DNA of 50,878 nt from an uncultured Bacteroidales bacterium (GCA_964550695.1 CAZKCK010000006.1:1411-52288), one strand, 5' to 3'. Shown: positions 16,702-27,834, counted from the first letter of the stretch. The notes: generated by a model not told the origin, from the letters alone. Program-made: numbers and translations.

Positions 16702-17787
16702 TTATTTATACACTTGATAATCAGTGTATCCTTCAGGGCCGGCAGCATAAAATGTGGATTGATCCAATTTTTCATTCAATGCAAATCCAGATTGCATCCG
16801 GTTCACCAGATCCGGATTGTTCATAAATGGCCTCCCAAAAGCAATCAGGTCAGCATTTCCGGCTTCAAGGTCATGATTGGCGCGGTTCAAATCATAACCA
16901 CCAGATAAAATTAGGGTCTGATTGAATTTCTGCCTGATGGATTGCTTGATTGAATCAGGAACTACCGGGGCTCCCATAGCTGAGTGATCAACAAGGTGGA
17001 TGTAAACCAACTGAAGTGTATTAAGTTGTTCAGCAAGATAGTTGTAGGTTTCACCAATCTCAGGATATGGAGCCATTGAACTGTTTACCCCATAGGGTGA
17101 CAATCTGATACCTGTTTTTTCAGCACCAATTGCTTTAATTACAGCCCGGGCAGTTTCAATCACAAACCTGCAACGGTTCTCAATACTTCCACCATATTCA
17201 TCAGTTCGCATATTGCTGACCGGCGAAATAAACTGCTCAAGTAAATATCCATTTGCAGCATGCAGTTCAACACCGTCAAATCCGGCTTCAATTGCATTTG
17301 AGGCGGCCAATGCAAATTCTTTTATTGCAGTCTGTATTTCTTCTGCCGACATTGCCTTTGGTTCATCCATGTCCTGCATACCCTGACTGTCAGTCCACAT
17401 CTGACCTGAGCATGTTACTGCTGACGGGGCAAGAAGTATTGCTCCTGCCGGAAGATTAATCCTGCTTCCAACCCGACCTGTATGCATCATTTGAACAAAA
17501 ATTTTACCTCCTTCATTATGAACAGCATCGGTTACTATTTTCCAGCCTTTTACCTGTTCTTTTGAAAATATTCCGGGAATTCTTGCATATCCCAATCCAT
17601 TGGGAGAAGGTGAAGTACCTTCAGTTATAATCAACCCTGCACCTGCACGCTGGGCATAATATTCAGCTATAAGTTCATTCGCGATATTTCCAATGGCCCT
17701 GCAACGCGTCATAGGAGCCATTACTGCACGGTTTTTCAAGTGAATACTACCTAATTGGAAGTCTTCAAACAAATTGTTATTGAGCAT
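16702..17787 (-). CDS. Alkene reductase / NADH:flavin oxidoreductase (Old Yellow Enzyme family, NemA-like)
   Basis: MAPMTRCRA, GLIITEGT, GFDGVELHAANGYLLEQF and FGRPFMNNPDL. Confidence 0.9.
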   Translation of the reverse strand: MLNNNLFEDFQLGSIHLKNRAVMAPMTRCRAIGNIANELIAEYYAQRAGAGLIITEGTSPSPNGLGYARIPGIFSKEQVKGWKIVTDAVHNEGGKIFVQMMHTGRVGSRINLPAGAILLAPSAVTCSGQMWTDSQGMQDMDEPKAMSAEEIQTAIKEFALAASNAIEAGFDGVELHAANGYLLEQFISPVSNMRTDEYGGSIENRCRFVIETARAVIKAIGAEKTGIRLSPYGVNSSMAPYPEIGETYNYLAEQLNTLQLVYIHLVDHSAMGAPVVPDSIKQSIRQKFNQTLILSGGYDLNRANHDLEAGNADLIAFGRPFMNNPDLVNRMQSGFALNEKLDQSTFYAAGPEGYTDYQVYK

Positions 17788-17983
17788 ATTGTATATGTTT
17801 AAAATTCGAAATTCATCAGGATTCTACAAATCCGTTTAGAAAAATTCATTAATGATTAAACAGTTTACAAGCCGTATAGTTTTTCCGATTTTTGTTATTT
17901 TTAAGTTAACAGCTGTATAATACTCATTAGGAGTATATAGCTGAAAACTAATAGCTGATAGTAGAGGATACGGGAGATTTTTT

Positions 17984-18766
17984 TCAGTAACCGAGTTTTT
18001 TAGCTTCTTCCCAATACACATCCATTTCCGCAAGGCTCATATTATCAAGTGATAAGCCACGCTCTCGTGTTTTTTCTTCTAAATACATAAAGCGTTTCCT
18101 GAATTTCCGGTTGGTTTTTTCGAGAGCATCTTCAGGATTCACTTTAATAAATCGTGCAAAATTCACCAATGCAAAAATTAAATCGCCAAACTCAGCTTCA
18201 ATTAGTTGCAGATCACTGTTATTTTCAGCTTCATACCTGAGTTCTTCAAGTTCTTCCCGAACCTTATCCCATACCTGATGCGGAGCCTCCCAGTCGAACC
18301 CTACTCCGCTGGCCTTTTCCTGCATTCGGTAGGCTTTTACAAGCGCCGGTAGTGATTGCGGAACCCCTGACAGAACTGATTTTTTCCCCTCTTTCTGAAT
18401 TTTAATTTTTTCCCAGTTATCTTTAACTTCTCTGGCATCCAGTACCTTAACATCTCCAAAGATGTGTGGGTGGCGAACAATAAGTTTCTCGATAATGGTA
18501 TCGAGTACATTCAGAATGGTAAAGTGCTTACTTTCAGAAGCAATTTTTGAATAAAATACAAGGTGTAGCATCAGGTCGCCCAGTTCACCCTTCAGCCCAT
18601 TCATATCATTGCTTAAAATGGCATCCGATAATTCATATGTTTCTTCAATGGTCAGATGTCGGAGAGTTTCGTGGGTCTGACATTTATCCCACGGGCAACC
18701 AGCCCTTAACTGATCCATTATTTCGAGCAACTGCCCGAATTTTTCTTTTTCTGCTTCGTAAGCCAT
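17984..18766 (-). CDS. mazG: Nucleoside triphosphate pyrophosphohydrolase MazG
   Basis: Two MazG repeats (TIEETYELSDAI...ELGDLMLHLVF and REELEELRYE...EFGDLIFALVNFARF); 260 aa. Confidence 0.9.
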   Translation of the reverse strand: MAYEAEKEKFGQLLEIMDQLRAGCPWDKCQTHETLRHLTIEETYELSDAILSNDMNGLKGELGDLMLHLVFYSKIASESKHFTILNVLDTIIEKLIVRHPHIFGDVKVLDAREVKDNWEKIKIQKEGKKSVLSGVPQSLPALVKAYRMQEKASGVGFDWEAPHQVWDKVREELEELRYEAENNSDLQLIEAEFGDLIFALVNFARFIKVNPEDALEKTNRKFRKRFMYLEEKTRERGLSLDNMSLAEMDVYWEEAKKLGY

Positions 18767-18778
18767 ATTTTTATGAAT

Positions 18779-20872
18779 CTATGGAAATCTTATGTTTAGT
18801 GCGTTTTCAATGGCAGCCTGAAGTTCATCTGATTTAAAGGGTTTTCTCAGGAATCCATCCATGCCTGCATTAAGAAATTTATTTAAATCGGTAGAAAGTG
18901 AGTAGGCTGTAACAGCAATAATTGTAACGGGTTTTCGCTCTTTGTCCTGTTTTTCAAATTCGCGTATATGGCGCGCTGCTTCAATCCCATCCATTACCGG
19001 CATTTGAATGTCCATCAGAATCAGGTCAAACCTATTGGTTTTAACAGCATTTACTGCCATTTGCCCATTGGTTACCTGGGTAACTCTGCCGAGTCCGAAT
19101 CTTTTAAGATAGGATCCCATCAAAGCAAGATTTGTTGGATTATCATCAGCTATCAAAATATTGATGTCAATAGCATCTGAAGTAACACCGGTTTCATTAT
19201 CGTCATTTGGATTGCTTTCTTTTACAGGGGCTTTGCCAAGCTTCACATTAAACCAGAATTCAGATCCTTTATGCTCAGTACTCTCAAAACCAATACTACC
19301 GCCCATCATTTCAACAATTGATCTTGAAATAGCCAAACCCAGTCCTGTTCCACCAAAACCTTTGCCTTCTGTAATGCTGCTTTGTTTAAATGCTTCAAAA
19401 ATCCTGTTTTGTTCACTTACCGGAATTCCCAGACCTGTATCGGCAATGGTAATTTTAAAGTTATACATATCACTGGTTTCCTGAAGAATCTCTAAAATTA
19501 TATCAATATGCCCTTTTGGGGTATATTTTACCGCGTTATTAAGCAAATTGATTATCACCTGACGTAAGCGTTGTGGATCAGCAATTACGTCCATGATAGG
19601 TAATTGCGGAAATCTGGTTCCAAGAATCAAATCTTTTTGTGAAATCCTGAATTCAAACATCCTGATAACTTCACTCACAAGTTCTGTAATTTCGATGGCC
19701 TCATTTTCAAATTTTAGAAATCCAGCTTCTATTTTCGAAAAATCAAGAATATCATTAATCAGATTCAACAGGTTGCCACCTGCAGAGTTTATAACCTGTA
19801 TAAATTCCTTTTGTTCCGGGTCTAAATCGGTCTCACTCAGCAATTCAGCCATCCCAAGAATCGCGTTCATCGGGGTGCGTATTTCATGCGACATGTTGGC
19901 AAGAAAGAATGATTTATTCTTTGTCATACCCTGTGCTTCAATTACAGCCTGTCTGAGCTTGTCTTCTGATTCTTTGCGCTGACTGATATCATTCATCAGA
20001 CCAATAATATATTTCTTTTGGTTTGAATCGCTGTGATACAGTGTTTTTGATATATGGTAAGTGGCTTTCTGATCCTTTAAATCAACTTTCGATTCAAAGA
20101 AATCGCTTGCACCGCTTAACACCATCAAATCGCTGTTTCTGAATGACTTTGCTTCTTCAATTGGAAAAAGGTCAAAATCAGTCTTCCCGGATAATTCTTC
20201 CGGTTCAAACTTAAATAATGAGCTAAATGCATCATTTACAAGAACCAGTCTGCTCTCTTCATCCTTAATAAATAGTGGCTGTGCCAGACTATTGATACTG
20301 GCAAGCAGAAAGTCTGACGAATCTGTTAACTTTTCTTCATTCAGCTTTTTCTTCGTTATATCAATCGTAACGCCGCTGATATGCAATCCGCTTCCTTGCA
20401 TATTCCGTACAGTTACGCGTTCAAATAACCATTTGATACTATGATCATTCAGTACAATTCTGTATTCATGTTCAGAAAAATTTAACTCGCCCCTAAGCAG
20501 TGCGCTTTCTGTGTTCGAAAATTTCAATTTGTCATCAGGATGAACAAGTTCTAAACGGCTTTTTGACCATTGGGTGAAAAAACTAACGGGCCTCTGCGTT
20601 ACCATATTTATGGTTTCTGAAATAAATTCAGGATTGAAAATTCCCTGATTAGCAATTCCCTTCCAAATATACCCTTCAATCAGGTCAAGCACCTCATTCA
20701 TCAGGTTACATTCTGAATCATTTATCGTTGGTGTCAACTGACTCAATTTTTTATTTTTTGTTCTAATATAAAAAACTAAAAGAGAGCCTAAACCCAACCC
20801 ACACAAGAATAATAGGCTGGCAATAAACCAATTAAGTAATATCACTTCTGCTAAAAATACACTTAAATGCAT
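18779..20872 (-). CDS. Membrane-anchored PAS hybrid sensor histidine kinase/response regulator
   Basis: N-terminal TM; H-box SHEIRTPMNAILG; NLLNNAVKYT; DTGLGI; GTGLGLAIS; receiver ILIADDNPTN...ILMDIQMPVMDG...RKPF. I prefer the ATG at 20872 because the track start at 20893 is a TTG. Confidence 0.85.
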   Translation of the reverse strand: MHLSVFLAEVILLNWFIASLLFLCGLGLGSLLVFYIRTKNKKLSQLTPTINDSECNLMNEVLDLIEGYIWKGIANQGIFNPEFISETINMVTQRPVSFFTQWSKSRLELVHPDDKLKFSNTESALLRGELNFSEHEYRIVLNDHSIKWLFERVTVRNMQGSGLHISGVTIDITKKKLNEEKLTDSSDFLLASINSLAQPLFIKDEESRLVLVNDAFSSLFKFEPEELSGKTDFDLFPIEEAKSFRNSDLMVLSGASDFFESKVDLKDQKATYHISKTLYHSDSNQKKYIIGLMNDISQRKESEDKLRQAVIEAQGMTKNKSFFLANMSHEIRTPMNAILGMAELLSETDLDPEQKEFIQVINSAGGNLLNLINDILDFSKIEAGFLKFENEAIEITELVSEVIRMFEFRISQKDLILGTRFPQLPIMDVIADPQRLRQVIINLLNNAVKYTPKGHIDIILEILQETSDMYNFKITIADTGLGIPVSEQNRIFEAFKQSSITEGKGFGGTGLGLAISRSIVEMMGGSIGFESTEHKGSEFWFNVKLGKAPVKESNPNDDNETGVTSDAIDINILIADDNPTNLALMGSYLKRFGLGRVTQVTNGQMAVNAVKTNRFDLILMDIQMPVMDGIEAARHIREFEKQDKERKPVTIIAVTAYSLSTDLNKFLNAGMDGFLRKPFKSDELQAAIENALNIRFP

Positions 20873-21061
20873 AGATATGTGCTTTAAAACCAATTCAGTG
20901 TCTAAAACAGTTTGGTTTTTGAAATCAGAAAATCAATCTGTTATAAACTTTTTTACATGCTACAAAGTTATTTTTTTATTTGGGATAATCTCAGGATTGA
21001 TGCATCAATGACCTTTTCACCAGGCAAAAGATGGTAAAACCATTGGTTTTTCTAATTTTGT

Positions 21062-22192
21062 ATGGAATTAGTTTTTTCTGATTATTTTAGAATCGCATTG
21101 AGAACGACCTGTTTATTAACATTCATATTTTTGTTTAACTTGTCGCATTCACAGAATGTTAGCTCAAATAGCAACAGTTTGTGGATGGAATTAAGACCCT
21201 ATTATGGGTTTATTCTTGCACATCACGATGAAATGACAGTTTTTACAAACCGACATATAAGCGCTATTGAAATAAGCATTGCTAAGGAAGCTCTTCAAAA
21301 TAACGAATTAACATCTAAATCCGGTTTTCCAAGGCTGGGTCTAAGCTATTTGTACTCTGATCTGGGGAATTCTGATTACCTGGGGTATGTGAATGCTATG
21401 TACCCGTTTGCTGATTTTACAATCCTGAAAGGGAATACGGCTTCATTACAATTTAGATTTGGTGCCGGACTAAGTTGGTTCAGCAAAAAATTTGATCTGT
21501 ATAACAACTATAAAAATACTGCAATTGGCTCCAATTTGAATGCGGCCATTGCAATGAATCTGAATTTAAAATTTAAACTTTCAGCATCTGTCGCGTTTTC
21601 AGCAGGATTGTCGTTTTTACACTTTTCGAACGGATCAACCAAAATGCCAAATTATGGGATTAATGTGCCCACTGTAAATACTGCTTTTTTATTCAAAATC
21701 CGTAATAAAACTATACCACAGGTTCAATATTCAGAAGTACAATCTGTTATTCACAAACCTGAAATCAGTTTTACCGGAATGGCAGCTTCAAAAGAGATTT
21801 TCCCGATCAATGGTCCTAAATATCTGGTCGGTAATCTGGCCATCGATGGATTTATTCCCATTACGAAGATGTTTAAAACGGGTCTGTGTCTTGATGTTTC
21901 TTACGATGCCTCTGATATTGAGGTTTTAAGACGTGAAAATATTGAACTTAAAAACAACATTTTTATAATTAAATATGGCGCCAATCTGGCCCAGGGAATT
22001 AATCTCGGAAATTTCAGCTTTACATTTCATGTGGGGATGTACCTGCACCAGATGAATCATAAAAATGGCAATGTGTATGACAAACTGAGTTTTACGTATG
22101 CCATCAATAAACACTATTTAATGAATGTTACATTGAAGACACATTACGCTAAGGCCGATTTTGTTGCCTTTGGAATTGGGTACAGACTATGA
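21062..22192 (+). CDS. Acyloxyacyl hydrolase / lipid A deacylase PagL-like outer-membrane protein
   Basis: Beta-barrel-like alternating pattern and the PagL-type catalytic region LSFLHFSNGSTKMPNYGIN. Confidence 0.6.
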   Translation: MELVFSDYFRIALRTTCLLTFIFLFNLSHSQNVSSNSNSLWMELRPYYGFILAHHDEMTVFTNRHISAIEISIAKEALQNNELTSKSGFPRLGLSYLYSDLGNSDYLGYVNAMYPFADFTILKGNTASLQFRFGAGLSWFSKKFDLYNNYKNTAIGSNLNAAIAMNLNLKFKLSASVAFSAGLSFLHFSNGSTKMPNYGINVPTVNTAFLFKIRNKTIPQVQYSEVQSVIHKPEISFTGMAASKEIFPINGPKYLVGNLAIDGFIPITKMFKTGLCLDVSYDASDIEVLRRENIELKNNIFIIKYGANLAQGINLGNFSFTFHVGMYLHQMNHKNGNVYDKLSFTYAINKHYLMNVTLKTHYAKADFVAFGIGYRL

Positions 22193-22956
22193 TGAAGATT
22201 AAAATTTCCCACCTTTCGATAATTTTGCTGCTATCGGCAACCGGTTTAACTCTTTTGCTTCCTTCATGCCTGAAGGATGATAGCAAGTGTATAACTCAGG
22301 TTGGTAAACCTATGTATGAAGAACGCGAAGTCAACGGTAATTTTGACAGTATTTACCTTGATGGTGATGTAAATCTGTATCTTACGCAAGATGATAAACT
22401 CAGGATATATCTTCATGCCGGTGAGAAACTATTGCCGGGTATCACAACTATTCAAAATGGCAGAACCCTTAGAATAACCGACGAAAATAAATGTGATTTT
22501 TTGCGAGAGATGGGTGCTCCGATTGATATTTATGTTACACTTAACCAACTCAGGTATCTGAATTTCAGATCTTCCGGTACTATACAAAGTTCAACGCCTA
22601 TCATTTCTGACAGTTTAACGCTTGAGTGCTGGGGTGGGGGAGGTTCGATTAAATTGGAAATTGATGTAAAGCACTGCTGGATTTTTCAGCAGGGAGGCAA
22701 TGTTGATTTTACGATCAGCGGCCAAGCCGATTATAACTATATTTACTGGAACAGCAGCTATTCTCCGGTGGATTGCAGCAACCTTCTTACTGGTTATACT
22801 TACATTATCCACAAAGGAGCCAATGACGCCACTATCAATGTTGAAAATGTATTACAGGCTGAAATTCATAGTATTGGCAATATCATTTACCAGGGTCACC
22901 CTTCTGAAATAACAATCAGGAGTTTTGGCAAAGGCGAATTAATAAAAAAACAGTAA
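22189..22956 (+). CDS. Head GIN domain (DUF2807) lipoprotein
   Basis: Lipobox LLLPSC; repetitive beta-strand pattern with DSIYLDGDVNLYL and terminal IGNIIYQGHP. ATGA overlap with the upstream gene. Confidence 0.55.
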   Translation: MMKIKISHLSIILLLSATGLTLLLPSCLKDDSKCITQVGKPMYEEREVNGNFDSIYLDGDVNLYLTQDDKLRIYLHAGEKLLPGITTIQNGRTLRITDENKCDFLREMGAPIDIYVTLNQLRYLNFRSSGTIQSSTPIISDSLTLECWGGGGSIKLEIDVKHCWIFQQGGNVDFTISGQADYNYIYWNSSYSPVDCSNLLTGYTYIIHKGANDATINVENVLQAEIHSIGNIIYQGHPSEITIRSFGKGELIKKQ

Positions 22957-23025
22957 ATCATATTTTTTTGACAATGAAATGGATAAATGGCTACATTGCC
23001 ATATCTTTTAGATAAATTTGGGAGT

Positions 23026-24039
23026 ATGAAAATATACCGCAATTTTTCACTAAAGCCATTCAATACGTTCGGGATTGATGTAATGGCAAGTTCTTTCTGC
23101 AAAATAACGAATATTGACGAAGCTATCAGTATGCTGGATTTATCCAACAGGCTTGAATTAAAAACACTTGTAACCGGAACCGGGAGCAATATCCTATATA
23201 CTACTGATTTTAATGGTTTTGTGATTCAAATTGCCAACAAGGGGATAAAAATCATTGCCCAGGATAATGAGCATGCATGGGTTGAAGTGATGGCCGGAGA
23301 AGACTGGGATGGATTTGTGTCGTGGTGTGTTGGGCAAAATCTTGGAGGTCTTGAGAACCTTTCTTACATCCCCGGTCAGGTTGGAAGCAGCCCCGTACAG
23401 AATATCGGAGCCTATGGCACCGAAATGAAAGATGCATTTGAAAGCCTGAATGCAATCGAAATGGCTACTGGTAAAATCCGGAATTTTCAGACTTCGGATT
23501 GTAATTTCGGGTATCGTCTCAGCACATTTAAGACTGAAAACAAAAGTAAATTTATTATTTGGTCTGTTGTTTTTAAACTGTTCAAAAACCCGCGTCCTGT
23601 AATAGCTTATCCTGCACTTACCGAGATATTTGCAAAAATGAAAATTTCAGAGCCTGATATTCTGCAGGTTAGAGAGGCAATCATTACAGTCAGAAAAAAC
23701 AAACTGCCTGAGGTAGCACAAACCGGAAGTGCAGGCAGTTTCTTTAAAAATCCTGTTCTATCAACAGAGCATTATACCGAACTGAAGAATAAATATAATG
23801 ATATTCAAGCATTTGTAAATGAAAATGGTGTTAAAATCGCAGCCGGGTGGCTCATTGAAAAATGCGGATGGAAAGGTTACCGGGAAGGGGATGCCGGAGT
23901 ATGGCCTAAGCAGGCGCTTGTTTTGGTGAATTACGGCAATGCGACCGGTGAACAGATTTTATCACTTGCAGGAAAAATCACCGATTCTGTTGATAAAACC
24001 TTTGGCATCAGACTGGAACCGGAAGTGAACATTATTTGA
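23026..24039 (+). CDS. murB: UDP-N-acetylmuramate dehydrogenase
   Basis: MKIYRNFSLKPFNTFGIDV, GTGSNIL, GLENLSYIPGQVGSSPVQNIGAYG and GSFFKNP. The track ORF starts at 22987, but the MurB-typical N-terminus begins at the ATG at 23026. Confidence 0.9.
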   Translation: MKIYRNFSLKPFNTFGIDVMASSFCKITNIDEAISMLDLSNRLELKTLVTGTGSNILYTTDFNGFVIQIANKGIKIIAQDNEHAWVEVMAGEDWDGFVSWCVGQNLGGLENLSYIPGQVGSSPVQNIGAYGTEMKDAFESLNAIEMATGKIRNFQTSDCNFGYRLSTFKTENKSKFIIWSVVFKLFKNPRPVIAYPALTEIFAKMKISEPDILQVREAIITVRKNKLPEVAQTGSAGSFFKNPVLSTEHYTELKNKYNDIQAFVNENGVKIAAGWLIEKCGWKGYREGDAGVWPKQALVLVNYGNATGEQILSLAGKITDSVDKTFGIRLEPEVNII

Positions 24040-24120
24040 TTTTAGGAAATTTTAAGAATTCCTCCGGTCCGAATTTACTTGCATAACAAATGATTCTGTT
24101 GTATGTTTGCATAAAATACA

Positions 24121-24438
24121 ATGGCTGTGATCAAAAAATCAGTATCATTCATTTGGTACAATTTCGAAGCATTTTTTTGGGCATTTGCACTCATCCTTCT
24201 TGCATTCGCTTCCACTGATTTTAGTTCGCACGCAACCCTCTGTCCGTTCAGTAGTTTAGGGTTCACATACTGCCCGGGATGCGGTCTTGGACGCTCCATC
24301 ATACTTGCTTTTCATGGACGTTTAGCTGAATCTTTCGAAATGCATCCGGTCGGTATTTTTGCCATTTTTATGCTTATTTACAGAATATTCTCACTCTTCA
24401 ATAAAAACTATTCCATTTATAAAATGAAAAAACCATGA
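24121..24438 (+). CDS. DUF2752 domain-containing membrane protein
   Basis: LCPFSSLGFTYCPGCGLGRS motif typical of DUF2752. Confidence 0.7.
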   Translation: MAVIKKSVSFIWYNFEAFFWAFALILLAFASTDFSSHATLCPFSSLGFTYCPGCGLGRSIILAFHGRLAESFEMHPVGIFAIFMLIYRIFSLFNKNYSIYKMKKP

Positions 24439-24782
24439 GTACACCAATTTACCAATTATTACCTGAACTTGAGCCTGAAGAAATGGCTTATGTTCAAAGC
24501 ATTACGAAAGAGTTTGATGAACAGAAGATGATCAATTTTGCAAATCTTTACCGTTCAAGACGCAAAGATCCAAATATGATTCTGTTAACAGCCCTGCTAG
24601 GATTTGTAGTTGTTGCGGGAGTTCATCGCTTTATTCTGGGTCAGATCGGAATGGGCCTGCTATACATTTTTACCGGAGGTTTATGCCTAATAGGAACCAT
24701 TGTTGATCTTATTAACCATAAGAAACTCGCCTGGGAATTTAATATGCGCATTGCCAATGAGGTAACTGCAATTATAAGATAA
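24435..24782 (+). CDS. TM2 domain-containing protein
   Basis: LLTALLGFVVVAGVHRFILGQIGMGLLYIFTGGLCLIGTIVDLI. ATGA overlap with the DUF2752 gene. Confidence 0.8.
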   Translation: MSTPIYQLLPELEPEEMAYVQSITKEFDEQKMINFANLYRSRRKDPNMILLTALLGFVVVAGVHRFILGQIGMGLLYIFTGGLCLIGTIVDLINHKKLAWEFNMRIANEVTAIIR

Positions 24783-24800
24783 ACTCTTTGAAGACCAACA

Positions 24801-24843
24801 AAAAGCCTGTAATTTAATTAAATAATTGAATTACAGGCTTTTT
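24801..24843. terminator. Bidirectional rho-independent terminator between convergent genes
   Basis: 14-bp perfect stem AAAAGCCTGTAATT / AATTACAGGCTTTT with a 14-nt loop. The flanking A and T runs serve both strands. Confidence 0.75.
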
Positions 24844-24856
24844 ACTTATAGAGGTT

Positions 24857-26053
24857 TTATATTCCTAACTCAATCAGGAATCCAAGTTGCCAGTCACTAT
24901 TGGTTTTAACGACTGGTAGATTGTATTTGTATTGTCTGTAGTTAATATTGGCCTGAACCTTTACCCGGTGTTCTTTGAGGTATCGTGTAACACCCACTGT
25001 ATAAATTTTCACATTTGATTCATCAAGTTGAATTGATTTATCAGGGGTTACCACTGAGTAACGACCGGCAATTTCAAAATTATTTTTAAAAATATAACTG
25101 AACTGGGTATTGATTCCGTTTCCTTTTAAAACAACCACCGTATCATTTTCAATACCAAGGGTATAGGGGTTATCAACAGTGCGCATACAGAACTCAGTGG
25201 TGTTCGAAAATCCTTTGTATTTAAAAATCAAATCGGCAAAAGCAGAAGTAAGGTTAACTGAATTTGCCAGTTCAACTCCACGCTGCCCGCCAAGTTTATT
25301 TGTTTTATCATTAAAACTGTATGCAAAACCCAATGAAAGTTTTGGTTTTTGTTCATGGAATATATCGCCTTCCAAAAAATCTCCATCAGATTTAAACTTT
25401 CCGAAAGGTAAAAGTTCAAACCGGCCCGTATATGCCAGACCATTATCTGTGCGCAGTGTGCCCCGGCCTTCTCCGTCGCTGATGGCACCTTTAATGTTAT
25501 AATTCAAAGAGCCAATTCTTCCATTGTAATATGCAAACAAACCAAAATCCCGGTCTATATTGAAAGACGCATTAACCACTGACCTGTCGAGAAATTGCTG
25601 TAACCCTGAGCTTGTAATACGTTGCCGGTTGCCGGGAAGCTTCCCCTGACCAAAGCCAATATAAAAATCATTGTTAAACCTGTAATAAACCATTGCATCT
25701 CGTATAATATTGGGAATATGCGTGTTGTCCCAGTCCTGATCTTCACGGCTGAATGCGAGTTGAATATAATAGGTCAGTTTGCCCGAATTTCCCAAAAAAC
25801 CATCAAACCTGAGTCTTAATCTTCTGACCCGGGCATCAATACTTTTAATATTCAAATCATTCTCAGAATTTGTAGTAAACATCACCAGGTTTTGCATCCT
25901 GAACCGGATATTTACACCAAATAATGAGTCAGGAGTATTAAAACCCAGTCCTTTATCAAAATGGATCATGGCACGCTCGTCAACTTCTGTTTGCGAATAA
26001 ACCCCACTTATAAATGTTAAAAAGAGGATAACGAGAATTAAATATTGTTTCAT
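24857..26053 (-). CDS. Outer-membrane porin (phosphate-selective porin O/P-like)
   Basis: Signal peptide MKQYLILVILFLTFISGVYSQ; RVRRLRLRFDGFL...YYIQLAF pattern; terminal aromatic-rich beta strands. Confidence 0.6.
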   Translation of the reverse strand: MKQYLILVILFLTFISGVYSQTEVDERAMIHFDKGLGFNTPDSLFGVNIRFRMQNLVMFTTNSENDLNIKSIDARVRRLRLRFDGFLGNSGKLTYYIQLAFSREDQDWDNTHIPNIIRDAMVYYRFNNDFYIGFGQGKLPGNRQRITSSGLQQFLDRSVVNASFNIDRDFGLFAYYNGRIGSLNYNIKGAISDGEGRGTLRTDNGLAYTGRFELLPFGKFKSDGDFLEGDIFHEQKPKLSLGFAYSFNDKTNKLGGQRGVELANSVNLTSAFADLIFKYKGFSNTTEFCMRTVDNPYTLGIENDTVVVLKGNGINTQFSYIFKNNFEIAGRYSVVTPDKSIQLDESNVKIYTVGVTRYLKEHRVKVQANINYRQYKYNLPVVKTNSDWQLGFLIELGI

Positions 26054-26092
26054 AAAATTTGTACCAAATTGAAATTATCTAATTTAAATGTT

Positions 26093-27007
26093 TCATTTTG
26101 TGATTAATGCACCTGTAAGCATCGAAATGTCATTGATTTTATGACGTTCCATGTATGATTCAAGGCCCTGAATAATTCCGGTGCAAACAGCAGGATCTAT
26201 AAAATTTGCAGTTCCTACCTGAACAGCAGTTGCACCGGCAAGCATAAATTCAACCACATCAGCAGCATTCATTATACCGCCAAGTCCAATTACCGGGATT
26301 TTAACTGCTTTTGAAACCTGCCACACCATGCGCAAAGCCACCGGTTTAATGGCCGGCCCTGATAAACCGCCCGTAATGGTTGATAAAACAGGTTTCCGGC
26401 TTTCCGAATCAATAGCCATACCCAGCAAAGTATTGATAACAGAAATCGCATCAGCACCAGCACCTTCAACAGCTTTTGCCATTTCAGCAATGTCGGTTAC
26501 ATTGGGTGAAAGCTTTACGATCAGCGTTTTGTTGTAAACTTCACGTATTGCTTTTGTTACTGCAATGGCTGATGGGCAACTCGTTCCAAATGCCATCCCG
26601 CCTTCCTTTACGTTCGGGCACGAAATATTCAGTTCAATTCCGGGAATGGCATCAAGTTCATTAATCTTTGAGGCTACTTCAATATATTCCTCAACGGTTG
26701 AACCTGAAACATTTACAATAATATTTGTCTTATAATGCTTTATTCTTGGATAAATATCAGAAATAAACTTATCAACTCCTTTGTTTTGAAGCCCTACGGC
26801 ATTCAGCATCCCCGATGCAGTTTCAGCCATTCGCGGATAAGGATTCCCTTCGCGGTGTTTTCCGGTAGTGCCTTTAACAACAATCCCCCCCAAATTGCCA
26901 ATATCCAGAAAGTCTTCAAATTCTTCGCCATATCCAAACGTACCCGATGCCGTCATTATCGGATTTTTCAACACCAATTTGTGTATATTTACCTGTAAAT
27001 TTTTCAT
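26093..27007 (-). CDS. pyrD: Dihydroorotate dehydrogenase, class 1B catalytic subunit
   Basis: [40 protein letters not shown] and IGLGGI. I prefer the ATG at 27007 because 27013 is a TTG. Confidence 0.9.
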   Translation of the reverse strand: MKNLQVNIHKLVLKNPIMTASGTFGYGEEFEDFLDIGNLGGIVVKGTTGKHREGNPYPRMAETASGMLNAVGLQNKGVDKFISDIYPRIKHYKTNIIVNVSGSTVEEYIEVASKINELDAIPGIELNISCPNVKEGGMAFGTSCPSAIAVTKAIREVYNKTLIVKLSPNVTDIAEMAKAVEGAGADAISVINTLLGMAIDSESRKPVLSTITGGLSGPAIKPVALRMVWQVSKAVKIPVIGLGGIMNAADVVEFMLAGATAVQVGTANFIDPAVCTGIIQGLESYMERHKINDISMLTGALITK

Positions 27008-27051
27008 TGCCAATGCTTTATTGCAGAATCGGTTATAAAATAATATGCTTA

Positions 27052-27834
27052 TTATTCGGGTTTCCAGCCCTTTAAATCCTGATAATCAAACACCGGACCT
27101 TCTGTACAGGTACATTTATGCCCGTTGGTTGTTTCAACCACGCAGCACAGGCAGGCACCTATTCCACAGGCCATCGTTTGTTCAAGGGAAACCTGACACG
27201 GAACACTATGTTTTGCCGCAAGCTTCGCAACAGCTTTCATCATGGGGTCAGGGCCGCAGGTATAAATCACATCAAAATCAAACTTACCTTCCCACCAGAC
27301 TGGATGATGAATAACAAATCCCTTTTTCCCAAGTGAACCATCTTCTGTTGTTATCAGTAATTCACCATACGCCTTGTATATCTCAGCTTCCATGATATGT
27401 GCCGAGGTCCGCCCTCCCATCAGGATACTCACCTTTTTGCCATTGTTGCCCAAGAATTTAGCAAGATAAAGCAATGGTGCAATTCCACATCCGCCACCGA
27501 CTAAAAGGGCTTTATTACCCGAAGTAAGCGTAAAAGAATTACCAAGCGGAAAAACAACGTTCAGCGTATCACCTTCATTTAATGTTGAAAGCATGTGGGT
27601 ACCTTCTCCCTTTTTCTGAATTAACAGACTCAGTGTATTCGCATCATAATCAACATCATGCACTGATAAAGGCCTGCGAAGAAACGTATTGGGCGAATGG
27701 TCTATTCTGGCTTCAACAAATTGACCGGGCAATACTTGTGGTAAGCTAACGGGGCATTTTAAAACCAGGATAAAATGATCGTTGTTAACCTTCCTGTTTT
27801 GTACTACACTTAAATCGTGGATATATTTTTTCAT
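27052..27834 (-). CDS. pyrK: Dihydroorotate dehydrogenase electron-transfer subunit
   Basis: FLRRPLSV flavin motif, [12 protein letters not shown], and the C-terminal 2Fe-2S cluster [10 protein letters not shown]...C. It is upstream of pyrD. Confidence 0.9.
   Translation of the reverse strand: MKKYIHDLSVVQNRKVNNDHFILVLKCPVSLPQVLPGQFVEARIDHSPNTFLRRPLSVHDVDYDANTLSLLIQKKGEGTHMLSTLNEGDTLNVVFPLGNSFTLTSGNKALLVGGGCGIAPLLYLAKFLGNNGKKVSILMGGRTSAHIMEAEIYKAYGELLITTEDGSLGKKGFVIHHPVWWEGKFDFDVIYTCGPDPMMKAVAKLAAKHSVPCQVSLEQTMACGIGACLCCVVETTNGHKCTCTEGPVFDYQDLKGWKPE

Noticed and set aside
17910-17943. Imperfect long hairpin (CAGCTGTATAATACTC / GAGTATATAGCTG) 40 nt downstream of mazG.
   Set aside because: It has two bulges and no U-tract on either strand. 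I could not support a terminator or a known RNA motif.
17836-18033. 65-aa minus-strand ORF overlapping the 3' end of mazG and the spacer.
   Set aside because: It overlaps mazG in another frame, has no motif, and sits in an AT-rich spacer. It is likely spurious.
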